64,000 bases of DNA from Nitrosomonadales bacterium. Its GTDB lineage: Bacteria; Pseudomonadota; Gammaproteobacteria; Burkholderiales; Gallionellaceae. Where the stretch lies: NCBI GenBank assembly GCA_947475825.1, contig CANJMS010000001.1, positions 517 through 64,516 on the forward strand, read 5' to 3'. Within the stretch, counting starts at the first letter, position 1, and every line of letters begins with the position of its first letter. A program made the position numbers and the translations under genes. Below are positions 20,199 to 29,758 of the stretch, piece by piece. The notes beneath the pieces are model-generated. The model did not search any database. It had not been told where the DNA came from and saw nothing but the letters and a program-made list of their open reading frames with translations.

Positions 20199-23100
20199 GT
20201 GCTGCTTAATTCCACCCATACCCGCCCGCGTTACACCAAGCTGTATGGCTCATCCGATGCGCTGGCCTTGGCATCCTTCGTCGCACAGCGTCTGGTTGCG
20301 GATGGCAAACAGCAACTAGCCCCCTTGGTCATTATTGCTGCCAGCGCGTTAGAGGCGCAACGCCTGCTGGACGAGATGCCATTTTTCGCGCCCACATTGC
20401 GCGTGCATTTATTGCCGGATTGGGAGACGCTGCCCTACGACCATTTTTCCCCGCATCAGGATTTAATTTCCGAACGCTTCGCCACGTTGCACCACATACG
20501 CAATCGCTCGGCAGATGTGATTATCGTGCCGCTCACCACGGCGCTGTATCCTTTGCCGCCCACTGAATATCTGGCCGCATATACTTTTTTTCTAAAGCGT
20601 GGCGAGTCACTGCCGATTAACACGTTGCGCGAACAAATGACCCTGGCGGGCTACAATCATGTGCAGCAGGTGATTGCGCCGGGCGAATATTGTGTACGCG
20701 GCGGGTTGATTGATTTGTTTCCGATGGGTAGCGTGTTGCCGTATCGCATCGATTTGATGGGCGATGAAATTGATACGCTCGCCTCATTTGATGTGGATAC
20801 GCAGCGCACGCTTTATCCCGTTCCGGAAGTCCGTTTGTTACCTGCGCGTGAATTTCCCTTGGATGAAAATGGCCAGACTGGCTTCCGCCAACGATTCCGC
20901 GAACGCTTCGAGGGTGATCCAACCAAATCGAATATATATAAAGATGTCGGTAAGGGCATGGCCCCTGCGGGCATAGAATATTATTTGCCGCTGTTTTTTG
21001 AACGCACCGCGACGATATTTGACTATCTGCCGGACAGTGCCACGCTGTGTTTGCACCATGATGTGGATGCCGCGATAAAAGTGTTTGCACAGGATGCAAA
21101 GTCGCGCTACAACCTGCTGCGCGGTGATCCGCAACGGCCTTTGTTGGAGCCGCATGAATTATTTTTGGATGCGGAAAAGTTTTACAGCGCGGTGAAAAAA
21201 TTTGCGCGGTTGGATGTGTTGCCAAGCAAAACTCCCGCTAATTCCGCTTTATTAGAGGAACAAACCGCAACAAGCGAACTGCCTGTCTCCTCCTTTAATA
21301 AAGAGCAAGTCTCGGGGGTGGATGCCGAGTCCAAAAACCTCACCGCCTGCGCTACCGCACAGCTTCCCAACCTTTCAGTCAACCGCCGTGCTGAAATTCC
21401 CACGCAAGCCTTGCAAAATTTTGTAGAAAATTATTCAGGTCGCGTGCTGATACTCGCCGACAGTTTGGGGCGGCGCGAAATTATGGATGGCTATTTTCGC
21501 GAATACGGTTTAGCGCCCGTGGTGTGTGAAAGTTACGCACAGTTTCTCGCCAGTCATGAAAAATTAATGCTGAGTGTGGCGACGGTCAGCAGCGGTTTTA
21601 TGTTGCTGGATGCGCATCTGGCGATTATTACCGAAACCGAGTTATACACTGCACAGCCTCGTAGTCGCGTCGCGCGCACTGCCAAGAAAAGCAATGTCGA
21701 AGGCATGTTGCGTGATTTGTCCGAGCTGAAAACGGGCGATCCAGTGGTACATGAGCAGCACGGCATCGCCCGTTATCAGGGATTGATAAAACTGGATTTG
21801 GGCGAGGGCGAGAACGAATTTCTATTGCTGGAATACGCGGGCAGCGACAAGTTGTATGTGCCCGTCGCACAGTTACACGTTATCTCACGATACAGTGGTG
21901 GCGCAGCAGACAGCGCGCCGTTGCACAAACTGGGCAGCGGCGCATGGGATAAAGCCAAGCGTCGTGCCATGTTGCAAGTGCGCGACACTGCCGCCGAATT
22001 GTTGAATCTATATGCACAACGGGCCACGCGCCAAGGTCATGCGTTCAAATTATCGGCACACGATTACGCCGCGTTTGCGGAAGGTTTCGGCTTTGAAGAA
22101 ACGCCCGATCAAGCGGCGGCCATTACGGCAGTGGTGGAAGATTTGCAGAGCGGCAAACCGATGGATCGATTGATATGCGGCGATGTAGGCTTTGGCAAAA
22201 CTGAAGTGGCGTTGCGGGCAGCGTTTGTCGCGGCGATGGATGGCAAGCAGGTGGCGCTTCTAGTGCCGACCACGCTTTTGGCGGAGCAACACTTTCAGAA
22301 TTTCACCACGCGCTTTGCTGATTGGCCGATAAAGATTGCCGAGTTGTCGCGTTTTCGTTCCGCCAAAGAACAGGCGCAATCCTTAAAAGAAATGGCCGAG
22401 GGCAAGCTGGATATTATTATCGGCACGCACAAGCTCATTCAAAAAGGCATCAACTTTCAAAACCTGGGCCTGGTGATTATCGACGAGGAACACCGCTTCG
22501 GCGTGCAGCAGAAAGAGCGGCTCAAAGCCCTGCGCGCCGAGGTGGATGTGCTGACCCTGACTGCCACGCCTATCCCGCGCACGCTGGCGATGTCGCTGGA
22601 AGGGCTGCGTGATTTTTCAGTGATCGCCACCGCGCCGCAACGCCGCCTGTCGATTAAAACATTTGTTAGCAGTTACAGTCGGGGCATTATCCGCGAGGCG
22701 ATTTTGCGCGAGCTGAAACGTGGCGGACAGATTTATTTTTTGCATAACGAAGTCGATACCATCGCCAACATGCTGGAAAATTTGGAGGAGCTATTGCCCG
22801 AAGCGCGCATTCGCATCGCGCATGGACAAATGGGCGAGCGTGACTTGGAAGCTGTCATGCGCGATTTTTATCATCAGCGATTTAATGTGTTGCTGTGTAC
22901 CACCATCATCGAAACGGGTATCGATATTCCCACTGCCAACACCATTATTTTGAATCGAGCGGATCGTTTTGGTTTAGCGCAATTGCACCAACTGCGGGGA
23001 CGAGTGGGTCGCTCACATCATCAGGCGTATGCGTATTTATTGGTGGATAGTTTGGATGGACTCACCGCTCAAGCGAAAAAAAGATTGGAAGCCATACAGG

Positions 23101-23726
23101 CAATGGAGCAACTTGGCAGTGGTTTTTATCTGGCGATGCATGATCTGGAAATTCGCGGTGCGGGCGAAGTGTTGGGTGAATCGCAAAGCGGTGAAATGCA
23201 CGAGATTGGATTTTCCATGTATGCCGACATGTTAAATGCCGCGATTACTTCATTACGCCAGGGTCACGAGCCAGATATGGCGCACCCGCTGGGCGTGACC
23301 ACAGAAATAAATCTGCACACCCCCGCTTTGTTCCCCAATGATTATTGTGGTGATATTCATCAACGGCTGGTGCTATATAAACGTTTGGCTAACTGCAATA
23401 CACAAGATGACTTGGATGAAATGTATCAGGAGTTGATTGACCGCTTCGGCTTGCTACCTGATCCCGCGCATCGACTGTTCGACTGCCACCGCCTGCGGAT
23501 TATTGCCAAGCCGCTGGGCATCATTAAAGTTGATGCTTCCAGCGAGGCGATACAAATACAATTCATGCCCAATCCACCGATCGACCCCTTGAAAATCATC
23601 ACCATTATTCAAAGCAAGCGCCATATCAAATTGAACGGGCCGGATAAGGTGCGTATCGAATTGAAGTATGGCGACATCGCGCAACGCGTGCTGGCAGTGA
23701 AGAATTTTTTTGGCGAGTTGAAGTAG
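20199..23726 (+). CDS. mfd: Transcription-repair coupling factor
   Basis: 1175 aa with GTG start. Helicase motifs GDVGFGKTEVA and DEEHRFG, plus a TRCF C-terminal domain. Confidence 0.95.
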   Translation: MLLNSTHTRPRYTKLYGSSDALALASFVAQRLVADGKQQLAPLVIIAASALEAQRLLDEMPFFAPTLRVHLLPDWETLPYDHFSPHQDLISERFATLHHIRNRSADVIIVPLTTALYPLPPTEYLAAYTFFLKRGESLPINTLREQMTLAGYNHVQQVIAPGEYCVRGGLIDLFPMGSVLPYRIDLMGDEIDTLASFDVDTQRTLYPVPEVRLLPAREFPLDENGQTGFRQRFRERFEGDPTKSNIYKDVGKGMAPAGIEYYLPLFFERTATIFDYLPDSATLCLHHDVDAAIKVFAQDAKSRYNLLRGDPQRPLLEPHELFLDAEKFYSAVKKFARLDVLPSKTPANSALLEEQTATSELPVSSFNKEQVSGVDAESKNLTACATAQLPNLSVNRRAEIPTQALQNFVENYSGRVLILADSLGRREIMDGYFREYGLAPVVCESYAQFLASHEKLMLSVATVSSGFMLLDAHLAIITETELYTAQPRSRVARTAKKSNVEGMLRDLSELKTGDPVVHEQHGIARYQGLIKLDLGEGENEFLLLEYAGSDKLYVPVAQLHVISRYSGGAADSAPLHKLGSGAWDKAKRRAMLQVRDTAAELLNLYAQRATRQGHAFKLSAHDYAAFAEGFGFEETPDQAAAITAVVEDLQSGKPMDRLICGDVGFGKTEVALRAAFVAAMDGKQVALLVPTTLLAEQHFQNFTTRFADWPIKIAELSRFRSAKEQAQSLKEMAEGKLDIIIGTHKLIQKGINFQNLGLVIIDEEHRFGVQQKERLKALRAEVDVLTLTATPIPRTLAMSLEGLRDFSVIATAPQRRLSIKTFVSSYSRGIIREAILRELKRGGQIYFLHNEVDTIANMLENLEELLPEARIRIAHGQMGERDLEAVMRDFYHQRFNVLLCTTIIETGIDIPTANTIILNRADRFGLAQLHQLRGRVGRSHHQAYAYLLVDSLDGLTAQAKKRLEAIQAMEQLGSGFYLAMHDLEIRGAGEVLGESQSGEMHEIGFSMYADMLNAAITSLRQGHEPDMAHPLGVTTEINLHTPALFPNDYCGDIHQRLVLYKRLANCNTQDDLDEMYQELIDRFGLLPDPAHRLFDCHRLRIIAKPLGIIKVDASSEAIQIQFMPNPPIDPLKIITIIQSKRHIKLNGPDKVRIELKYGDIAQRVLAVKNFFGELK

Positions 23727-23803
23727 AGCGCACTAGTGTTGAGCGTAACCGATCAGTTTTATCATCATCTTGCCAGTATCTCTTTTTGAGATATAATGAT
23801 AAT

Positions 23804-24088
23804 GTGCATATTATTACTCACCGTCGAATTTTGGCAGCGCAGCGAGCGCATCCGCAATGTGCTGGTGCGTTGGAGCAGTGGTATCGCCTGTGCAAGAAAG
23901 CAGAGTGGAGAAATTTTTCAGAGTTGCGAGTGCTTTTTTCCAGCACAGACAAAGTGGGTGATATGTTTGTGTTTGATATTGGTGGAAATAAACTGCGCTT
24001 GATTGCAGCAATTCACTTCAACACGGGACGTTTATTTATCAGAGCAATATTGACGCACAAAGAATATGACCGGGGAGATTGGAAATGA
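23804..24088 (+). CDS. higB: Type II toxin HigB (mRNA interferase, HigB_toxin family)
   Basis: VHIITHRRILAAQRAHP...WYRLCKKAEWRNFSELR...GGNKLRLIAAIHFNTGRLFIRAILTHKEYD matches the HigB pattern. I chose the GTG at 23804 by N-terminal similarity to typical family members. Confidence 0.8.
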   Translation: MHIITHRRILAAQRAHPQCAGALEQWYRLCKKAEWRNFSELRVLFSSTDKVGDMFVFDIGGNKLRLIAAIHFNTGRLFIRAILTHKEYDRGDWK

Positions 24089-24486
24089 ATGATCGCGTTA
24101 AAAATGCCATACAACATTGGAGCTATGTTGCGCCACTGCTTCAGCCCGCACGCAACGCAAAAGAATATGCACAGTTGGTTGAAGCGCTCGATGCTGCATT
24201 GGATGCAGGGGGTGCGGATGAAAAACATCCACTTGCTCGGCTGGCAGACTATATCGGCGAGCTGGTCGCTCAATATGAGGTTAAAGACAAAATGCCCAAA
24301 GCGGCGACAGGTGCAGAGGCTTTGCGTTACCTGATGCAGCGCGACAGCTTGCGTCAGATTGATCTGCCTGAGTTGGGCAGCCAAGGTGTTGTGTCAGAGT
24401 TGCTATCTGGTCGACGCGCTTTTAATGCGCGCCAAGCGAAAGTAATGGCAGAGCGATTTGGCGTTTCGGGGGCACTGTTTTTGTAA
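24085..24486 (+). CDS. higA: Antitoxin HigA (XRE-type HTH)
   Basis: ATGA overlap with higB. C-terminal HTH region LRYLMQRDSLRQIDLPELGSQGVVSELLSGRRAFNARQAKVMAERFGV. Confidence 0.8.
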   Translation: MNDRVKNAIQHWSYVAPLLQPARNAKEYAQLVEALDAALDAGGADEKHPLARLADYIGELVAQYEVKDKMPKAATGAEALRYLMQRDSLRQIDLPELGSQGVVSELLSGRRAFNARQAKVMAERFGVSGALFL

Positions 24487-24557
24487 TGGATGTTAACTAT
24501 ACAAATTTAGGTCAATTGCTAATTTAAATAACGCAAATTGCTCCCTCACCCTGCGGC

Positions 24558-24730
24558 ACAATCGCACGCGCAAAAGGCATGACGCAACTCGCTAAAGATA
24601 CGGGCTTGGGGCGCGCGAGTTTATATAAAGCCTTGTCCGGTGAGGGCAATCCGATTCGACGTGAGTGAGTAAGTCGTCGTGCTAGGATACTTGGCCGTGC
24701 TTAAAGCTTGGGGAGATGAAAATGATGTGT
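24558..24730 (+). pseudogene. Decayed fragment of an addiction-module antidote protein (HigA-family HTH)
   Basis: Reads ...IARAKGMTQLAKDTGLGRASLYKALSGEGNP, then stop/frameshift. There is no start codon or N-terminal half. The extent after 24668 is uncertain. Confidence 0.55.
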
Positions 24731-24832
24731 CAGTTTAGATGGCATTCTGTGTTGGGTCATGTGGTAATTTTGTTGCTTACATTTCGTTAGGGGGTAAGAC
24801 TATTCATGTTTCAGTACATTCGATATGAATAA

Positions 24833-25210
24833 TTGAATTCACGTCAAAGGGAAAATTTTAATTTTCAAAAGGTGGCTGCCAAGCTAGCTGACTACGGCTT
24901 TAATTGCATGTGGCTCAACGATGATTGGCAAGGTGCAGATTTCATCGCCTGTCACATAGATGGCAAGAAGTTCATTAAGGTGCAACTCAAAGGTCGCCTC
25001 ACCATCGACAAAAAATATAGCGGCAAAGACATCTACATTGCATTCAATAAAACTGGTAAATGGTATATCTATCCGCATGATGTTTTGCAAGATGATCTGT
25101 TGAATCTTGGGCTGATGGCAGGTTCAAAATCATGGGATGAAAACGGCGGGTTTAGTTGGCCAAACATACCCAAACATATTCTTGAGCATATGGAGAAGTA
25201 TGTTATCTGA
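24833..25210 (+). CDS. Hypothetical protein, possible Hjc-like PD-(D/E)xK fold
   Basis: 125-aa ORF with TTG start. The pattern ...E...GF...GADFIACHIDGKKFIKVQLK... resembles the E / D / (E,Q)xK nuclease core. Read by eye only. Confidence 0.4.
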   Translation: MNSRQRENFNFQKVAAKLADYGFNCMWLNDDWQGADFIACHIDGKKFIKVQLKGRLTIDKKYSGKDIYIAFNKTGKWYIYPHDVLQDDLLNLGLMAGSKSWDENGGFSWPNIPKHILEHMEKYVI

Positions 25211-25270
25211 AACTACAAACCGCTATGCTCAATCTTAAAATCTGCTCCCACCCCTCAATAAAACACCCGC

Positions 25271-26536
25271 ATGAAGCCAAAAAATACTGAGGAAGTTTTA
25301 CAAAGCACCGCCGCAACCGATCTGGCAGATCTCGGCGCGGTGCCGCATCATGTGCATAAACGCGAATTGGCGTTGTTGCTGGTGTTGGCGGGGATTCAGT
25401 TTACGCACATAATGGATTATATGGTGATGATGCCGCTCGGGCCGCAGTTTATGCGCCTGTTTGACATCTCGCCGCAGCAGTTTGCTTTGCTGGTTTCCAT
25501 TTACACATTCAGCGCAGGTGTTTGCGGATTTTTTGCGGCGTTTGTGATCGATAAGTTTGATCGCAAATCGGCATTGATGTTTTTGTACGGCGGTTTTGCC
25601 CTGGCAACTTTGTTCTGTGCGTTAGCTCCCGGCTATGAATGGTTGCTGGCGGCACGCGCCGTGGCGGGGGCATTTGGCGGGGTGATGGGGGCGGTGGTAT
25701 ATGCCATCATCGGCGATGCGATTCCAGAATCACGGCGTGGTGCGGCGACAGGCACGGTAATGTCGGCGTTTTCCATCGCGGCAGTGGCAGGTGTGCCGAC
25801 TGGATTATTTCTCGCGACCTTGTCGGATTGGCGTGCACCATTTTATTTTTTGACGGTGGTCAGCGGATTAATTTTAATTGCCGTGTGGTACATCGTTCCG
25901 GCCCAGCGCAGGCACCTGGAGCATAAACGTGAACGCAATCCGCTGAAGCAATTGCACGCGATATTTTTTAACCGTACTCACCTCACTGCTTTTTTGATGT
26001 TTGCAACCCTGATGTTTGCAGGGTTTTCGGTCATTCCTTTTATCAGCCCGTACATGGTGGCGAATGTCGGCATGAAAGAATCCGAGCTACCTTACCTGTA
26101 TTTTTTTGGCGGGTTGGCAACTTTTTTCTCTTCGCGCTTGATAGGCAAGCTGGCCGATAAACAAGGAAAACGTAAAATTTTCGCTATGATTGCAGTGGCC
26201 TCTATCATCCCTATCATGCTCCTGACACATTTTCCAAAAACTTCCGTGGTGTGGGCGGTGGCGGTGACAGCGTTATTTATGGTGCTGGTTTCCGGGCGAC
26301 TCGTTCCCGCGATGGCATTGATTAACTCCAGCGTGGAGCCACGTTTACGCGGCAGTTTCATGAGTTTTAATTCGGCCATACAGCAAATCGCTACGGGATT
26401 TGCTTCGTTAATGGCTGGTGCGATTATCGGTGAATCCGCGTCCGGTGAGCTGTTGAACTATGGTACTGTCGGCATCGTCGCGTCACTGGCTACTCTGGTG
26501 GCGATTTATTTTTCATCGCGCTTGGGCCAACATTAA
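25271..26536 (+). CDS. MFS transporter
   Basis: About 12 predicted hydrophobic helices and an MFS loop motif DKFDRK. Confidence 0.85.
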   Translation: MKPKNTEEVLQSTAATDLADLGAVPHHVHKRELALLLVLAGIQFTHIMDYMVMMPLGPQFMRLFDISPQQFALLVSIYTFSAGVCGFFAAFVIDKFDRKSALMFLYGGFALATLFCALAPGYEWLLAARAVAGAFGGVMGAVVYAIIGDAIPESRRGAATGTVMSAFSIAAVAGVPTGLFLATLSDWRAPFYFLTVVSGLILIAVWYIVPAQRRHLEHKRERNPLKQLHAIFFNRTHLTAFLMFATLMFAGFSVIPFISPYMVANVGMKESELPYLYFFGGLATFFSSRLIGKLADKQGKRKIFAMIAVASIIPIMLLTHFPKTSVVWAVAVTALFMVLVSGRLVPAMALINSSVEPRLRGSFMSFNSAIQQIATGFASLMAGAIIGESASGELLNYGTVGIVASLATLVAIYFSSRLGQH

Positions 26537-26635
26537 TTAAATGTCTTCTCTGGCAAAACACTGTCCGCGTAAATCTACGCTCCCCGGGCCGAAAATATAC
26601 GTCCAACATATTTTTCATTAACCGCATTAATCCTC

Positions 26636-27472
26636 ATGAATCTCATCATTCAAAGTTTGAACGATATCCCTCTCTTAAAGCTTAAGCCGTTGGTTGGTTT
26701 AACTCGCGCTGTGGGTATAGAGCCGATCACCAATCGTGCGTATCGGTTGTTGAAAGCATCTCCGAATGATGCTGTTGGGAGCTATTGTCGCGAGCAGCAA
26801 TTTGACTATGGCTATGTTCGTCCCATACAGAAAATCACCGATTTTGGCTTGGTAGTCATGGATATGGATTCAACATTAATCAATATTGAATGTATCGATG
26901 AGCTTGCCGATATGGCTAATCAGAAGATTCAAGTTGCTGCAATTACTGAAGCTGCCATGCGTGGTGAGATTGATTTCGCCGAGAGCTTACGTTGCCGGGT
27001 AGCGCTGTTGGCGGGGTTGCCGGAGAGTGTATTGCAGCAGGTATATGACGAGCGTTTGCAATTAAGTCCCGGCGCGGAAATTTTACTTCAACGCTTGCAG
27101 CAACTTGGCATAAAAACTTTGTTGGTATCGGGTGGGTTTGAATTTTTTACTGAGCGTTTGCAGCAGCGACTCAAATTGGATTTTACGCAAGCAAACAAGC
27201 TGGAGATTGTGGATGGAAAGTTGACTGGCAAGGTGCTGGGCAATATTTTTGATGCACAGGGTAAGGCTGATTATCTAGTGCATACGCGCAAACATCTGGG
27301 GCTAAAAGCTGATCAGGTGATTGTTCTGGGAGATGGGGCAAACGACATCAAAATGATGCGGCAGGCTGCTGTCAGCATTGCTTATCATGCTAAACCTATA
27401 GTGTTGACGCAAGCGAGTTATGCGTTCAATTTCGTTGGGTTGGATGGAGTGTTGGCGCTGTTCAGTGAGTAA
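26636..27472 (+). CDS. serB: Phosphoserine phosphatase
   Basis: HAD motifs DMDSTLI, SGGF and GDGANDI. Confidence 0.85.
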   Translation: MNLIIQSLNDIPLLKLKPLVGLTRAVGIEPITNRAYRLLKASPNDAVGSYCREQQFDYGYVRPIQKITDFGLVVMDMDSTLINIECIDELADMANQKIQVAAITEAAMRGEIDFAESLRCRVALLAGLPESVLQQVYDERLQLSPGAEILLQRLQQLGIKTLLVSGGFEFFTERLQQRLKLDFTQANKLEIVDGKLTGKVLGNIFDAQGKADYLVHTRKHLGLKADQVIVLGDGANDIKMMRQAAVSIAYHAKPIVLTQASYAFNFVGLDGVLALFSE

Positions 27473-27557
27473 TTTAAATTTCCGAAAATAATGACTGCTC
27501 TGTTGCCTAGTGTCCCTTATCGGGAACGGGGATAAGTTATTCGGGCAATGGCTGCTG

Positions 27558-28565
27558 CTAAGGTAATGGATAAAAAGCAGTACTTACATATTCAATAATT
27601 GCAGCAATTTCTATTTCACTGAATACTGATTTCCATGCGGGCATGGAAGTCTCGGGTATTCCCTCGCGTATGGTGGCAGCCAATTTGTCACGAGTCATAC
27701 CCTTCATGAAATTTGCATCGCGCAAGTTACGCGGATGCGGTTCAAGAAAGCTGCCTATCCAATTTTTGCCCGTGCCGTCGGCGGCATGACAAAACGCACA
27801 ATTATCCTGAAAGAGTTTTTGCCCGCGCAATCCTATGGCTGACAGGTTTGCAATTTTTGGCGGAATGTCGTGCAACAAATATGGGCTGGCACTGCTCATG
27901 GCATCTAGCTTGAGTGGGGTGGATGGTGCAGGTTGAACGGAGTGGTCGAAATGATTGCGGGGGAAAGAGAGGGGTCGCGCTTCCCAGATAACAGGATTGT
28001 CAGAGAGCGGGCCGTCTGCTTTACTATGGCAAATCACACAACTGGATAAAAATAATTCTCTGCCACGTACCTGTGCGGCTGACAGTGTTTCTATAGGTTG
28101 GCTCAAGAAAATTTTGCCTGTGGCAAAAGGGAAGGCATCTGCATATCGCTGATGATTCGGCCAGCCATTTTCGGGTGTGTGATAGTAGGTGTTGGTGAGA
28201 TTATTGCTGCGCTGCACAAATACAGTCACTACAAAGTTTGCAACTTGCGTCATTTCTTTTTCAGTCAAAATTCCCTGGAAAGATTTCATGGCCGTGCCGG
28301 GCTTTCCCTTTTGCAGCGTTGCGACAATATGCTGTGGCGTAAAAATTTTCGCATCGGCGTGCGTGAAATCGACGGGCGGCGGGGTAAGGAAGCCTGCCGC
28401 TGCAGTCTGCGCGTCACCTGCATAACCGTGGCAGAAGTAGCAGCGGTAGTTGTATATTTTTTGTCCGGCGGATAGGTCAGGGGGGGTATCAGCGGCGAGG
28501 GCAACGCCGCTCAACCCGCCGAGCAGTAGAAATAGGAGGGCGGGCCTTACCAGTAAAAATAGCAT
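27558..28565 (-). CDS. c-type cytochrome with three CxxCH motifs
   Basis: CYFCH, CVICH and CAFCH. I chose the start at ATG 28565, which gives signal peptide MLFLLVRPALLFLLLGGLSGVALA. The longer ORF would overlap the upstream gene. Confidence 0.8.
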   Translation of the reverse strand: MLFLLVRPALLFLLLGGLSGVALAADTPPDLSAGQKIYNYRCYFCHGYAGDAQTAAAGFLTPPPVDFTHADAKIFTPQHIVATLQKGKPGTAMKSFQGILTEKEMTQVANFVVTVFVQRSNNLTNTYYHTPENGWPNHQRYADAFPFATGKIFLSQPIETLSAAQVRGRELFLSSCVICHSKADGPLSDNPVIWEARPLSFPRNHFDHSVQPAPSTPLKLDAMSSASPYLLHDIPPKIANLSAIGLRGQKLFQDNCAFCHAADGTGKNWIGSFLEPHPRNLRDANFMKGMTRDKLAATIREGIPETSMPAWKSVFSEIEIAAIIEYVSTAFYPLP

Positions 28566-28578
28566 TCGGATAATTGCA

Positions 28579-29589
28579 CTAGGGTGTAGATTTTTTATGT
28601 ATGAAATTTTGAAATACAAACTCAGTGACATTGGCGATTTCCTGATCATTGAGTACCTGTCCCCAGGCGGGCATTTCGGTACCGACACGGCCCAGCGTAA
28701 CGGCTGAAAAAATGGCGGGACGGTTGAGTGTAGTGCGAGAAAGGTCATCTAGAAAATTGCGTGGTTTCGTAACCATAAAATTAGAGCGCGGTCCTTGTCC
28801 GTTCCCTAGTGTGCCGTGGCATACGGAGCAATTATTCATGAAAAACTCACCACCCCATTGAGGATCACCAACTAGATTTTTTGGCATAGGTAAGCTCATA
28901 TCAACAGGCATGTTGGCAGCAGGGGCTGAGGGCAGCACTGAAGGGGGCGGGGTGACAGCCTTATATTCATCGCGCAGAAAATCAATTACGGCATTGATTT
29001 GTTCGTCCGGTATTTTTCCAGAAAAAGCTGGCATAGCGGTGTTGGGTAGGCCTCGCGTTATGATTTCAAATAAACGGGTGTGGTTTAAATCACCAGCGGC
29101 AAAAGCGAGCGCAAGGTCGCGCGGCGCAACTTTCAAGTCCTTTGCCAGTACGCCTTGCCCTTTATCGCCATGACACAATTGGCAGTTATGTCCATACACC
29201 ATTCGGCCAAAAGTTAATTGCGACTGAATGGCGGTTTGCATAAAGCGCCCACGGACATAGTCCACCAGACCTTCAATTTGCACGGGCGTAAAGCGCGTTC
29301 TCCATGAAGTCATGGCGGTGCCGGGCTTGCCATTCGTGACAGTGTAGATCATCTTTTCGCGGGTCAAATCGCCCGCAATAGTGAAGTTACGCGGTGGGGG
29401 AATCAGGCTGGAGCTGGCGCGGCTGTTGCCATCACCGTTGTCACCGTGGCATACAGCACAATTATTTTTAAAAATTTGTTCTGGGGTAGAGTCAGTTGAT
29501 TTTGGCGGGTAAAAAACTTGCGCCATGGCTGGAGCGGTAGTGCAATTAACGATAATGATCAGTGCAGCTAATATGTAAGAGAATTTCAT
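28579..29589 (-). CDS. c-type cytochrome with three CxxCH motifs
   Basis: CAVCH, CQLCH and CSVCH. Signal peptide MKFSYILAALIIIV...APAMA begins at the internal ATG 29589. Confidence 0.8.
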   Translation of the reverse strand: MKFSYILAALIIIVNCTTAPAMAQVFYPPKSTDSTPEQIFKNNCAVCHGDNGDGNSRASSSLIPPPRNFTIAGDLTREKMIYTVTNGKPGTAMTSWRTRFTPVQIEGLVDYVRGRFMQTAIQSQLTFGRMVYGHNCQLCHGDKGQGVLAKDLKVAPRDLALAFAAGDLNHTRLFEIITRGLPNTAMPAFSGKIPDEQINAVIDFLRDEYKAVTPPPSVLPSAPAANMPVDMSLPMPKNLVGDPQWGGEFFMNNCSVCHGTLGNGQGPRSNFMVTKPRNFLDDLSRTTLNRPAIFSAVTLGRVGTEMPAWGQVLNDQEIANVTEFVFQNFIHKKSTP

Positions 29590-29758
29590 TCGTATTCCTG
29601 TCTTTGGGTAAATAGGCATTATTTAAAAAATTGAAATAACACACTAAGTAAGGGCTTAAATTTGAAACCAGCCACAGAGAGCGCAGAGAATGAACAGTCG
29701 CACAATCATTGTATTTTCCGTGACAAATATCTACTGCTGTACAAATACATCAAGATTT

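Noticed and set aside
28566-28748. The ORF track gives the second cytochrome c a 61-aa N-terminal extension that overlaps the upstream cytochrome gene.
   Set aside because: The internal ATG at 28565 gives a canonical signal peptide and a 13-nt intergenic gap. The extension has no signal-peptide character.
29650-29700. The motif GCCACAGAGAGCGCAGAGAATGAAC resembles REP-like units seen in other proteobacteria.
   Set aside because: There is a single occurrence in this window, with no inverted partner and no clear hairpin. That is not enough to call a repeat.
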